A stretch of DNA of 64,000 bases from Elusimicrobia bacterium GWA2_51_34. GTDB lineage: Bacteria; Elusimicrobiota; Elusimicrobia; Elusimicrobiales; UBA9959. The position numbers and the translations under genes were made by a program. Below the pieces are notes generated by a model, which did not search any database, was not told the DNA's origin, and saw only the letters and a list, made by a program, of their open reading frames with translations. How positions within the stretch are numbered: position 1 is the stretch's first letter; each line of letters begins with the position of its first letter. Where the stretch lies: NCBI GenBank assembly GCA_001799565.1, contig MGTS01000042.1, positions 1,016 through 65,015 of the forward strand, given 5' to 3'. Shown piece after piece: positions 44,339 through 54,437 of this stretch.

Positions 44339-45616
44339 ATGGAACAGATTTATTCAGAAGCTATTCAATTAAACACGGTAATTAGTTTAGGTGTGGCAAT
44401 ATTGTGTTTGTTATTGGTTTTTAAAGGACGGCCAGAAATATCTACAGGTATTTATCTGGCAGGAATGTCATGGTGTGTTATTTTAAAAATAGGAAATATA
44501 GCTCAGACATGGATATTTTTAGCAACCATGTTCGCCGCGGCTTTTGTATTTTATCTTAAAGAAGCCCGGTTTCGCTTGCCTAAAAGAGACCGTTGGATTA
44601 TTCCATGGCTTTTACTTTGGTGGATTTGGACACTTACCCTGCTCTTCTTCTCTATACCGGACAACACGACGCTTATTCGAGCATTTATTCTTAGCACCGT
44701 CCTGCCAATTCCGGTAGTCTTGCTATATTCGCAAAGTTTAGAGCGTGTTGGATCCTTTTCACTCGCGTATGTGCTTACCACTGTATTGGGAGGATTTGTG
44801 GTTTTGCAATACATAGCTGCTAACTATTCAAATCTAATTATAAATCCTTTGACAGGGGCTTATGGAATGGGCCGTTTGCCCATACGAAATTATCATACAT
44901 TCGCCTATGTGTATGGGGTATCAATTATTATGCTGATAGCTTTGTTCCAACAATCACGCCATTTAATCACGCGCATCTTTTATGCTTGTGCAATGGTTTA
45001 TTGTTTATATTTCCTATACTTTAGTAATTCAAGGCAAACGCTTTTAGCGACCTTTATTGCCTGTATACTATTCCTTTATTGGCTGTTTCGTTGCAACTCT
45101 GCAACAAGTAATAGGTTAAGGCACCTTACTAAAGGCAAGGTATGGTTATTGTCTGCAATTGGCGGCTTTACGCTGTGGTTTGTGTATGCAAAGAATCCAG
45201 TTATTGTGTTGCGGAACTTTGCGACAGCAACGGAAGCTGCATCTAGTATTGGTGAAGAAAGTCGTTTTGTGAGATGGAGCACGACGGTGCAAACGATTTT
45301 AGATTCAAATTTCCTTGGCACAGCATATGAAGCGGGGAATGTGCATAATTTCTTTTTGTCAGTGTTAGCCAACGAAGGTATAATAGGCTTTCTTTTAATG
45401 TCTGTGTTTTTTGTGTTCTCATTTCGGCAAATGAAAAATGTCTGGTCAGTAAAGGAGATTAGCGAGGTCACCATCTGGCGAATGGCATTTTGTTGCATTT
45501 TTCTTTCTACTTTTATTCATGCCCAATTTTCGGGCGATAATCTCTGTGCCCCGGAACTTTTCTGGTCAGTTGTGTTTTTATGGTACTCAAAGCAAGATAC
45601 GGGCCAATTGGATTAA
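44339..45616 (+). CDS. O-antigen polymerase/ligase family membrane protein (Wzy-like)
   Basis: About 10 TM segments and AT-rich codon usage. It has a late loop with GNVHNFFLSVLANEGIIGFLLM (Wzy_C-like). TTG at 44330 or ATG at 44339. Confidence 0.65.
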   Translation: MEQIYSEAIQLNTVISLGVAILCLLLVFKGRPEISTGIYLAGMSWCVILKIGNIAQTWIFLATMFAAAFVFYLKEARFRLPKRDRWIIPWLLLWWIWTLTLLFFSIPDNTTLIRAFILSTVLPIPVVLLYSQSLERVGSFSLAYVLTTVLGGFVVLQYIAANYSNLIINPLTGAYGMGRLPIRNYHTFAYVYGVSIIMLIALFQQSRHLITRIFYACAMVYCLYFLYFSNSRQTLLATFIACILFLYWLFRCNSATSNRLRHLTKGKVWLLSAIGGFTLWFVYAKNPVIVLRNFATATEAASSIGEESRFVRWSTTVQTILDSNFLGTAYEAGNVHNFFLSVLANEGIIGFLLMSVFFVFSFRQMKNVWSVKEISEVTIWRMAFCCIFLSTFIHAQFSGDNLCAPELFWSVVFLWYSKQDTGQLD

Positions 45617-45693
45617 ATAGCAGGTTCTTACGTGGTTGCTAGACTCTATATTGTGGGGTAGCGTTTTAAACTTTAGACTTAAGGTTCTCCAAT

Positions 45694-46827
45694 ATGAAAC
45701 TAGATATTCATGAAAACAAACCCATTCATATTACTCAACCCGACTTGCCTCCTTTTGGGGAGTTTACTGCATCCCTAAAGCAAATATGGGGCAATAAATG
45801 GCTAACCAATAGTGGCCCCTTCCACCAAGAGTTTGAGCAGGCGATAGCCAAATATTTAGGGGTTAAATATATTTCTGTTTTTTCAAATGGGACGCTTGCT
45901 TTGGTGACTGCCTTGCAGGCATTGCGTATTACAGGAGAGGTAATCACGACCCCTTTCAGTTTCGTGGCTACTACTCACTCTATCTGGTGGAATAATATTA
46001 AGCCTGTTTTCGCCGATATTGAACCTAATTATTTCAATCTCGACCCCGGAAAAGTTGAAGCTGCTATTACTCCGCAAACCACTGCTATTATGCCGGTCCA
46101 TGTGTATGGCAACCCGTGTGATGTCGCAAAACTGCAGCAAATAGCCGATACCTATGGGCTGAAGCTCATTTATGATGCTGCTCACGCGTTTGGGGTTAAA
46201 AAAGATGATAATTCAATACTTAACCATGGTGACCTGGCAATACTTAGCTTCCATGCGACAAAAGTATTTAATACCATCGAGGGAGGCGCCATTGTTTGCC
46301 ATAATGCAAAAATGAAGCAGAGAATAGATTATTTAAAGAATTTTGGATATGCCGGGGAAAACACTATTATAGCTCCGGGTATTAACGCAAAAATGAATGA
46401 ACTTCAGGCTGCTTACGGATTGTTGCAGCTCAAATATGTGGACGGCCATATAGCTAAACGTAAAATTATTTCCGAAAAATACAGAGCACAATTGGGTGGC
46501 ATGCAGGGAATCCGGTTGCTGCCTGATATCAAGGCGGTGCACCACAATTATTCTTATTTTCCAGTTCTGATTGATTCGCGAAAGTTTGGGAAGACCAGGG
46601 ATGAAGTATACGAAGAACTTAAAAAGCACAACGTGTTTTCAAGAAAATACTTCTATCCACTTATCAGCCAGTTCCCGACATACCGAGGGCTACCTTCGGC
46701 AACGCGGGGAAATCTTCCAATTGCAGAGAAAGTTACAAAGGAAGTTCTATGTCTGCCGATTTATCCAGCTCTTGATTTAAGCAGCGTTGACCTTATTTGC
46801 GGTATTATCAGGAAGTCTATTTCATGA
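45694..46827 (+). CDS. DegT/DnrJ/EryC1/StrS family sugar aminotransferase
   Basis: 377 aa. DAAHAFG...SFHATKVF contains the PLP lysine, with family-typical N-terminal HITQPDLPP... Confidence 0.85.
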   Translation: MKLDIHENKPIHITQPDLPPFGEFTASLKQIWGNKWLTNSGPFHQEFEQAIAKYLGVKYISVFSNGTLALVTALQALRITGEVITTPFSFVATTHSIWWNNIKPVFADIEPNYFNLDPGKVEAAITPQTTAIMPVHVYGNPCDVAKLQQIADTYGLKLIYDAAHAFGVKKDDNSILNHGDLAILSFHATKVFNTIEGGAIVCHNAKMKQRIDYLKNFGYAGENTIIAPGINAKMNELQAAYGLLQLKYVDGHIAKRKIISEKYRAQLGGMQGIRLLPDIKAVHHNYSYFPVLIDSRKFGKTRDEVYEELKKHNVFSRKYFYPLISQFPTYRGLPSATRGNLPIAEKVTKEVLCLPIYPALDLSSVDLICGIIRKSIS

Positions 46828-47519
46828 AGGTAGCTGTAATGCAGCCCTATTTCTTTCCCTATATTGGCTATTTCCAGCTTATTTCGTCGGTTGATTTGTT
46901 TGTATTGTATGACAATATAAAATACGCAAAAAAGGGCTGGATCAACCGTAATCGGATGCTTCAAAACGGCAAGGATATGATATTCTCGTTGCCGTTAAAA
47001 AGAGACTCGGATTCTTTGGATGTGCGCGGCAGGGAGTTGGCAACGGATTTTGATTGTACTAAATTTCTTTCCCAAATCAGGGGTGCGTATCTCCGTGCAC
47101 CATATTTTAAAGAGACCTTCCAGCTAATTGAGACTGTGATGCAGTATCCAGAGCATAATCTGTTTCGATTCCTCTTCAACTCGATCACCAAGGTATGTGA
47201 ACACCTTGGGATTTCGACGCAGATCAAAATTTCCTCAGACATCAGCATTGACCACGCACTGAAGAATCAGGACAAAGTGCTCGCCTTGTGTGGCGCGGTC
47301 AAGGCAAGCACGTATATTAACGCTATAGGGGGCATTGAACTTTACAAAAAAAGTGCGTTCCAAAAGAGGAGTCTAGAGTTAAAATTCATCAAATCTAAAC
47401 CACTTGATTATGTCCAGTTTGACAACCAGTTTGTTCCGTGGCTTTCCATCATTGATGTGATGATGTTTAATCCCAAGAGCAGGATTGTTCAGATTTTGCA
47501 GGAGTACGAGCTTGTATAA
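46824..47519 (+). CDS. WbqC family protein
   Basis: MKVAVMQPYFFPYIGYFQLI is the hallmark WbqC N-terminus. The start overlaps the upstream stop (ATGA). Confidence 0.75.
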   Translation: MKVAVMQPYFFPYIGYFQLISSVDLFVLYDNIKYAKKGWINRNRMLQNGKDMIFSLPLKRDSDSLDVRGRELATDFDCTKFLSQIRGAYLRAPYFKETFQLIETVMQYPEHNLFRFLFNSITKVCEHLGISTQIKISSDISIDHALKNQDKVLALCGAVKASTYINAIGGIELYKKSAFQKRSLELKFIKSKPLDYVQFDNQFVPWLSIIDVMMFNPKSRIVQILQEYELV

Positions 47520-47538
47520 TTGAAAGAGTAAACAAACC

Positions 47539-48882
47539 ATGAAAGTTTTATTAATCCAGCCACCCAATAACGAAGAAACAATGACCGGGTTGTTGCCGGA
47601 AGGTTATGCAAAAAAAGGCCGCTCAATTTCTCCTCCATTAGGATTACTTTATCTTGCCAGCTTTATCAAACAGAAGCATGATGTGGTGGTTTTGGATATG
47701 ATTCTAAGCGGGCAGACTGTTCAAGATTTGCCGGCCATATTAAAGACAATTAAACCGGACATGGTTGGTATTACTGCTGTGATAGGTTTGTGGGCCTCAG
47801 CACTTACTATTTTTAAAAAAATAAAAAGCCTTGCCCCCTCAATTTATACAGTGGTCGGAGGTCCGAATGTCACATATTTCACTAAAGAGACTTTCTCACA
47901 TAAGGAAATAGATTATTTCATAGTCGGGTACGGTCAAAGGCCACTTATGGATCTTTGCAATAAGTTGGCAAGCGGCAAAACTGTCGAGGGAATTGAGAAT
48001 TGTTTCGTACAAGGGGCCAGTTATACTAGATTTGATGTTGTGTATTCTGACGAATGCAACTTAGATAAATTCCCATTGCCAGACAGAACATTTACTCCAC
48101 ATCTGCAATATCGCATTCCTTTCTGCCCTGAAAATCCAGCGACTACAATGATTACAAGCATGGGATGCCCGTATAAGTGTGCATTCTGTACGGCTGCGCG
48201 CCCACCTGTATATATTCGAGACACGGGGGGAATTATTGATGAATTGGCGGAAATTCACAGATTAGGCATTAAATCTGTCCTTTTTCAGGATGAACTGTTT
48301 ACTGTGAACGGAAAACGTGTTAAAGAGGTATGCGAGGCTATAATAAACAGGGGTATACACCTCCACTGGACTATAAAATCCCGCATTGACAGAATAGAGC
48401 CATGGATGCCCGAACTTATGAAAAAGGCCGGTTGCTTCAATATTCATTTCGGGATAGAGTCCGGAAATGATACCACGCTTAAGCGCATGAAGAAGGGGTA
48501 TACACGGGATAAAATAAGAGCCACAATTAACCTTGTAAAAAATACAGGTCTTTCTGCTACAGGCAATTTTATGCTGGCCTACCCAGGTGAAAGTAAAGAA
48601 GATATTCTTCAAACAATTAATTTTGCAAAGGAATTGGATCTGAATCTCGCTCAATTTATGCTTACTATTGATTCGCCAGGGTCGGAATTATTTGAAGAAG
48701 CAATTATGGTAGGTAGAAGGACCCATAACTATTTGAGTGAATATGTCAGCCATCCAGACCCGAAGAATAGTGATCTTCCAACAGTACTTTTTTCGGCATC
48801 GGATAGTTTTTCACATGATGAATTGCAATCTTTTTTGCAGCTTGCTTACACACGCACAAAGACACTCTTTAACATAGGTTAA
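47539..48882 (+). CDS. B12-binding domain radical SAM enzyme (class B, methyltransferase-like)
   Basis: N-terminal Rossmann-like B12-binding region (KVLLIQPP...PPLGLLYLASF...), then the CPYKCAFC (CxxxCxxC) radical SAM cluster motif. Confidence 0.75.
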   Translation: MKVLLIQPPNNEETMTGLLPEGYAKKGRSISPPLGLLYLASFIKQKHDVVVLDMILSGQTVQDLPAILKTIKPDMVGITAVIGLWASALTIFKKIKSLAPSIYTVVGGPNVTYFTKETFSHKEIDYFIVGYGQRPLMDLCNKLASGKTVEGIENCFVQGASYTRFDVVYSDECNLDKFPLPDRTFTPHLQYRIPFCPENPATTMITSMGCPYKCAFCTAARPPVYIRDTGGIIDELAEIHRLGIKSVLFQDELFTVNGKRVKEVCEAIINRGIHLHWTIKSRIDRIEPWMPELMKKAGCFNIHFGIESGNDTTLKRMKKGYTRDKIRATINLVKNTGLSATGNFMLAYPGESKEDILQTINFAKELDLNLAQFMLTIDSPGSELFEEAIMVGRRTHNYLSEYVSHPDPKNSDLPTVLFSASDSFSHDELQSFLQLAYTRTKTLFNIG

Positions 48883-48905
48883 GTTACGGGGCGAAATATG
48901 TTCCT

Positions 48906-49484
48906 ATGGTAAATAATTTCAATATCACAGTCTGCGCTTCCGGAAACGGGGGGAACCTCCAAAGTTTAATAGACAATCAGGGGAAAATTGGGATCAGAAT
49001 TAATATGGTAATTGTTGATAGAAAGTGTGGGGCAATCGATAGAGCTGTTAATAGCAATATCCCCTACAAAATGATATTAAACAACCAGTACGTCGACAAC
49101 TTTTTAAAAGAAATTGATGCCAATATACCACCGAATACTGATCTGGTGGTGTTGGCTGGTTTTTTCCCAGTTTTAGATGTTACATTTTGTAAAAAATGGA
49201 AGAATAAGATTATAAACACACACCCATCATTGCTACCGAAATATGGCGGGAAAGGCATGTATGGTGTCCGTGTGCAGGAAGCTGTTATGCGAGCTAAAGA
49301 AAAATATGCCGGCTGTACCGTTCACTATGTTACGCCCGAGATTGATGGGGGGGCAATAATTCTGCAAAAAGTAATTGAGGTTGACTACACACAGACACCC
49401 AGGGAATTAGGCGGAAGAATACATATGGAAGAAAATAAATTGCTGGTCAATGCCATAAGCCTAATCAAGAATTCGAAAATCTAA
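48906..49484 (+). CDS. PurN-like formyltransferase
   Basis: NTHPSLLPKYGGKGMYG...HYVTPEIDGGAIILQ mirrors the GAR transformylase catalytic motifs (HPSLLP, D of the DxG region). 192 aa. Confidence 0.7.
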   Translation: MVNNFNITVCASGNGGNLQSLIDNQGKIGIRINMVIVDRKCGAIDRAVNSNIPYKMILNNQYVDNFLKEIDANIPPNTDLVVLAGFFPVLDVTFCKKWKNKIINTHPSLLPKYGGKGMYGVRVQEAVMRAKEKYAGCTVHYVTPEIDGGAIILQKVIEVDYTQTPRELGGRIHMEENKLLVNAISLIKNSKI

Positions 49485-49499
49485 TAAGGTGATAATATT

Positions 49500-50468
49500 A
49501 TGTTTAGATGGAGAAAATATGGGCTTATTTTTAACCCAACAGATTTTAAAGACAGGCCGGAATGGATAAATGAATATGCACAAGCCCCTAATGCGATTGT
49601 GTTTGAAAAATTCGTTAGAGTGTTTTTTTGTTGTCGTCCCAAGCCCGATGCGAAAGGTCAATTTGTGAGCTATTGCGCTTTTGTGGACCTGAATAGGCAT
49701 GACTTGTCTAAAATAATTAATATCGCAACAAAACCCGTGCTAGAGTTGGGAGCATTGGGAACATTTGATGAATTCGGCACCTATCCCGTATCCGTAATAA
49801 AGGAGTCTGATGAAATTATTGCGTATTACGGCGGCTGGACAAGGTGTGAGTCAGTTCCTTTTAATATTTCACTTGGATGTGCTAAAAGCAAAGACAATGG
49901 GGAATCTTTTGCGAAAACCGGCGTGGGCCCGGTTTTGTCTCATTCCTTGGATGAACCGTTTGTTGTCACATCACCCAAAATCCGGAAATATAATAACTCA
50001 TGGTATCTTTTTTATACCTCAGGCCAAAAGTGGTTTATTTATAATGGCAGGGCTGAAATAGTTTATAAGTTGCGATTAGCGACCTCAAGTGATCGTCTAA
50101 CCTGGAAAAAGGTAAATAAAAACATAATCACTGACAAGCTTGGGCCTGATGAAGCACAAGCATGCCCGGATGTCATATATGCGAACGGAAAATATCACAT
50201 GTTTTATTGCTATAGGCAGGCGGTCGACTTCAGAGTAAATACAAACAATACCTACAGGATAGGTTACGCTTTTTCTAACGATTTAATTAACTGGACGCGA
50301 GACGACTCAAAAGCCGGCATTGATATCTCAGAGAGCGGCTTTGACAACGAAATGGTTGCTTATCCCACCGTGATTGAATTGGATCGCAAATACTACATGT
50401 TTTATTTGGGGAACAAGGTTGGGAAAGCTGGTTTTGGCTTGGCTGAATTAGAAGGGGATCTGAAATAA
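49500..50468 (+). CDS. Uncharacterised beta-propeller (GH43/32/130-superfamily-like) protein, paralog 1
   Basis: 322 aa. It has repeated W/Y-rich blade pattern. It aligns along its full length with the next ORF (WRK.G.IF.P...YAQ/KSP.A.VF...GAFDE.G..P...W.R.D.K.GID.S...). Confidence 0.4.
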   Translation: MFRWRKYGLIFNPTDFKDRPEWINEYAQAPNAIVFEKFVRVFFCCRPKPDAKGQFVSYCAFVDLNRHDLSKIINIATKPVLELGALGTFDEFGTYPVSVIKESDEIIAYYGGWTRCESVPFNISLGCAKSKDNGESFAKTGVGPVLSHSLDEPFVVTSPKIRKYNNSWYLFYTSGQKWFIYNGRAEIVYKLRLATSSDRLTWKKVNKNIITDKLGPDEAQACPDVIYANGKYHMFYCYRQAVDFRVNTNNTYRIGYAFSNDLINWTRDDSKAGIDISESGFDNEMVAYPTVIELDRKYYMFYLGNKVGKAGFGLAELEGDLK

Positions 50469-51421
50469 TGAAGTGGAGAAAATTAGGTAAGATATTTGAT
50501 CCGGCCAGATACGGCTTGGCGGACGGCTGCACGGAATATGCTAAATCCCCGCAGGCGGTAGTGTTCGACAATTATATTCGCATATACTTTTCTTCGCAAA
50601 AAAGAATAGATGAAAAATATCTTAGCTATGTGCAATTTATAGATATAGATAAAGAGTTTAAAAATATTTTAAATATATCAAAAGAAACACCGATTAAACT
50701 GGGCAACCTTGGTGCGTTTGATGAACACGGAATTTTTCCATTTAATGTGATTAAATATCAGGGAAAGCTCCTTGCGTATATTTGTGGGTGGAGTAGGCGG
50801 AAAAGTGTTTCAATAGATATGGCAATAGGAGCGGCAAAAAGCGAGGATGGCGGAACGACATTTTCCCGGCTTGGCGACGGCCCGGTACTGACAGCATCGC
50901 TACATGAACCATTTCTGGTCGGTGATGGGTTTGTTCGTGTCTATGACGGTGTTTTTCATATGTGGTATATATATGGAAATGCATGGAGGGCTTCTCATCC
51001 TGGCAGCAATCCGGATCGGACCTATATAATTGCGCATGCGACTTCCGCTGACGGAATTAACTGGATAAAAGAGGGGCGCAACATAATCGAGCAGAAATAC
51101 CCGCTGGAATGCCAAGCGTTACCTACAGTCATAAAAATAGAAAACAGGTATCACATGTATTTTTGCCGGAGACACTCATTTAATTTTAGAAATAATCCAG
51201 ATTATGCTTACAGGCTTGGCTATGCATATAGTGACGATCTTACGAATTGGACGCGAGCAGACGAAAAGTCGGGCATTGATACTTCTAAAGATGATTGGGA
51301 TTCGGATATGATATGCTACCCTAATCTTTTTGACTGTGATGGGAAGACCTATTTGCTTTATAATGGCAATGAGTTCGGCAAATATGGATTCGGAATAGCT
51401 GAATTGATGGAGTGGGACTAA
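50468..51421 (+). CDS. Uncharacterised beta-propeller (GH43/32/130-superfamily-like) protein, paralog 2
   Basis: 317 aa. Its start shares one base with the upstream stop (taATG). It is collinear with 49500-50468. Confidence 0.4.
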   Translation: MKWRKLGKIFDPARYGLADGCTEYAKSPQAVVFDNYIRIYFSSQKRIDEKYLSYVQFIDIDKEFKNILNISKETPIKLGNLGAFDEHGIFPFNVIKYQGKLLAYICGWSRRKSVSIDMAIGAAKSEDGGTTFSRLGDGPVLTASLHEPFLVGDGFVRVYDGVFHMWYIYGNAWRASHPGSNPDRTYIIAHATSADGINWIKEGRNIIEQKYPLECQALPTVIKIENRYHMYFCRRHSFNFRNNPDYAYRLGYAYSDDLTNWTRADEKSGIDTSKDDWDSDMICYPNLFDCDGKTYLLYNGNEFGKYGFGIAELMEWD

Positions 51422-51425
51422 TATT

Positions 51426-52175
51426 ATGAATTCTAAAAGAGATTACAACCAAGAAAAAGAAGACACAACAGACGGAAAGTATTTCCATAGCTTTGATTTC
51501 AATGTGATGCATCCTTATATGCTCAAATCTTTTATCCCGTTCTTCAATAAAGGCAGTATTCTGGAACTAGGATGTTTTAAGGGGGATTTTACAAAAAGGT
51601 TGCTACCGTACTTTTCAGATATCACATGTGTTGAAGCTTCGGCGGCTGCCTTCGGTAAGGCGCAAGACAAGTTGGGCGCGCAAGTGAATATGATTAATGC
51701 TCTTTTTGAAGATGTTGTTCTGCCTGCTAAGTATAACAACATTATAATGACGCATGTTCTGGAGCATCTGGATGATCCGATTAAGGTGCTTAAGCGAGTA
51801 AATGATGAGTGGCTCTCTGACAACGGAAAATTTTTTCTAGTTTGCCCCAATGCCAACGCCCCTTCCAGGCAGATTGCTGTTAAAATGGGTTTGATACCCC
51901 ACAACTCCGCTGTGCTTCCTACTGAAAAAGAACATGGGCACAGAATCACATACTCGTTTGACACTTTAGAAAGAGATGTCAGAAGGGCTGGATTAAAAGT
52001 GGTCCATCGCTCGGGGATATTTTTCAAAGCACTGGCAAACTTTCAATGGGACAAACTTTTAAATACTGATATTATTTCAAAAGAATATTTGGAAGGCTGC
52101 TATGAACTTGGACAGCAGTATCCAGATTTATGTTCCAGTATTTTTCTCTTATGCGAGAAGGGAAAGCAGCTTTAG
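51426..52175 (+). CDS. Class I SAM-dependent methyltransferase
   Basis: Motif I ILELGCFKGDFT, then THVLEHLDDP typical of the Methyltransf_11/23 type. Confidence 0.75.
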   Translation: MNSKRDYNQEKEDTTDGKYFHSFDFNVMHPYMLKSFIPFFNKGSILELGCFKGDFTKRLLPYFSDITCVEASAAAFGKAQDKLGAQVNMINALFEDVVLPAKYNNIIMTHVLEHLDDPIKVLKRVNDEWLSDNGKFFLVCPNANAPSRQIAVKMGLIPHNSAVLPTEKEHGHRITYSFDTLERDVRRAGLKVVHRSGIFFKALANFQWDKLLNTDIISKEYLEGCYELGQQYPDLCSSIFLLCEKGKQL

Positions 52176-52198
52176 GAACTATAAGCGCAAAGAATCCG

Positions 52199-53146
52199 AT
52201 GAATATTATATTTAAGTCAATCCGCCTGGGTAGACGAATCGCAGCTAAAATAGGCATGCCTCAATTAAATCGCGGGCGGACGTATGCCGGGGCAGAATAT
52301 TCGGGAGAAGCGGCCTCTGAATTGATTAAAAACACTTTGCTACAAAAAGAACCTTGCATGATAGCCCGGTTTGGCGCCGCAGATGTATTTGCGGCGGTAA
52401 ATTACATTGACAGAAATAATTATAAAAAGGTGTCGGACATCCTAAAGTATGTGTTAGGCAAAAAAGTATTTCTTTATTGGTCTTCACAAGGCGCAGGCTA
52501 TTTCCCGGAAGATATTGGGAAGGTTGAAGATTACATGCGGCTGTTATTCAATGATATGCGATTTGTTGATATTTTGGGGTCATGGTGGAGAGAAGAAATG
52601 TTTTTGCAAAAAGAATTGTCGCAGGCTGTCAAAGTTAGGCTCCCGGATTTGGAGCCTTATTACCACACAAACCCCTGGTCCATTGTACTGAAAAATAAAA
52701 GAGTGCTTGTAATTCACCCCTTTGAAGAGAGCATAAAAAGTCAATACGCAAAAAGAAAGTTATTATTTAAGGATAATAATATCCTCCCTGATTTTAAACT
52801 ATTGACGATAAAAGCAGATTACTCTTTAGCCGAGACTAAAACAATTTGCACTGATTGGATTAATGTCTATGAACCTATTAAAGAAAAGATTGATCAGACT
52901 GATTTTGACATAGCCATTATAGGCTGCGGCTCATGTGGGTTTAATTTGGCGGCACATATCAAAAGAATAGGAAAAAAAGCTGTTGTTTTAGGTGGCGCAA
53001 CACAAATTCTATTTGGAATTAAAGGAAAGAGGTGGGCGGACCATCCTGTTATATCAAAATTATTTAACGAGCACTGGGTGTATCCTCAGCCCAGTGAAGT
53101 GCCGATAAACTATAAACAAGCAGACCAGGGCTGTTTCTGGCAGTAA
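52199..53146 (+). CDS. Hypothetical protein (possibly a GT-D/DUF1792-like glycosyltransferase)
   Basis: ORF track 52130-53146. The ATG at 52199 avoids overlap. MIARFGAADVFAAVNY vaguely resembles the DUF1792 RFGDGE region. Weak. Confidence 0.3.
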   Translation: MNIIFKSIRLGRRIAAKIGMPQLNRGRTYAGAEYSGEAASELIKNTLLQKEPCMIARFGAADVFAAVNYIDRNNYKKVSDILKYVLGKKVFLYWSSQGAGYFPEDIGKVEDYMRLLFNDMRFVDILGSWWREEMFLQKELSQAVKVRLPDLEPYYHTNPWSIVLKNKRVLVIHPFEESIKSQYAKRKLLFKDNNILPDFKLLTIKADYSLAETKTICTDWINVYEPIKEKIDQTDFDIAIIGCGSCGFNLAAHIKRIGKKAVVLGGATQILFGIKGKRWADHPVISKLFNEHWVYPQPSEVPINYKQADQGCFWQ

Positions 53147-53203
53147 AGATATTATCAGGCGACCTTGGAAATGCAGTAACGTGTCAATGACTAATAAAAT
53201 TAT

Positions 53204-54295
53204 ATGGGTGACTTTGCAGAAAAAAACACAATACTGATTTTCCCAGCGGGAATGCCGCGTTCGCTTGAGTATCTGGATCGGGCGTTGAGGGAAGGCAGGA
53301 ATGTAATTGGTGCATCTTCACTTGCACATGATCCATCACGGGAACGCTATCCCGCCTGGTTACATCTTCCCTATATTACGACCCTTCAATTCAACGATGC
53401 GCTCATACAAGCCATTGCCGATTTCAATATTGGCGAAATTTACACGCCGAATCTCGTCGTTTGGAATTACCTTAATCTACGACTAAAAGAACTTGCCCCG
53501 GAAGTTGCCTTGGTTAATAGTTCTCCAATTGATACAGAGCTTTCACCATACCGCAAGGCACAACAATTTAGCCAATCGTTAATTGAACAACCAGTATTAT
53601 TGGCGTCTGGGGACGTGCCCAAGGCAGCCATGTCTCTCATTGAGATTGCTTCTTTATTTCGCCACGCAGAATTGATACCAGGCATGTGTAGTCATGATAA
53701 AATTAAAGCCTTGTATGAAATTTCACGCCGCAGCCCGACCGGAGATGTAGTTGAAATCGGAAGCTGGTGGGGCAAGTCTGCTTTCGTTCTAGCCCGATTG
53801 GCATGTTGCTATGGAATAGGGAAATTACTGTGTATTGATCCATGGTCAAACGAGCATTTAATTCAAGGCGATGAAAATGGATTGGTTGATAGCGTCCCAA
53901 TTAGTGCCGATGAAGCGTTCACCGTTTTTAAAATTAACCTGTTGCCATATGCCAACGGCAAGCTAAACTATTTAAGAATGCCCTCGGTTACTGCATTGGA
54001 ACATTACCTTAAACACCCGATTGTGCAAACAGCCACGTTTGGTGAAACCGTTTACGCTAGTCATATTGCCATACTTCATATAGATGGAAACCATAGTTAT
54101 TCCAATGCCAGCGCTGACATTACATCGTGGAGCAATTTGGTTATTCCTGGGGGATGGATTATTATTGACGACTATATCTGGCCTTACGGAGATGGCCCCA
54201 AAAAGGCTGGGGATGAGTTTTTGGAAAAGAATTATCACAAATGCGCTCTTTCATTTGTGATGGGTGATGCCTTGTTTATTAAATTGTCTTACTAA
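53204..54295 (+). CDS. Class I SAM-dependent methyltransferase (Methyltransf_24/TylF-like C-terminal domain)
   Basis: GDVVEIGSWWGKSAFVLA (motif I) and HIDGNHSYSNASADITSW...GGWIIIDDY. The N-terminal ~160 aa are unassigned. Confidence 0.6.
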   Translation: MGDFAEKNTILIFPAGMPRSLEYLDRALREGRNVIGASSLAHDPSRERYPAWLHLPYITTLQFNDALIQAIADFNIGEIYTPNLVVWNYLNLRLKELAPEVALVNSSPIDTELSPYRKAQQFSQSLIEQPVLLASGDVPKAAMSLIEIASLFRHAELIPGMCSHDKIKALYEISRRSPTGDVVEIGSWWGKSAFVLARLACCYGIGKLLCIDPWSNEHLIQGDENGLVDSVPISADEAFTVFKINLLPYANGKLNYLRMPSVTALEHYLKHPIVQTATFGETVYASHIAILHIDGNHSYSNASADITSWSNLVIPGGWIIIDDYIWPYGDGPKKAGDEFLEKNYHKCALSFVMGDALFIKLSY

Positions 54296-54437
54296 TAAAT
54301 TACATTGCGATGACATTTTTAGAACACTAGCAGGCGATAACACAGTCACCATAAAAGCATATTAATTTGGATTTGCCAATGATGGAATTGTCTATTTGAA
54401 ACTCTACTAATTTAGAGTTTGTTTATCAAACATAATC

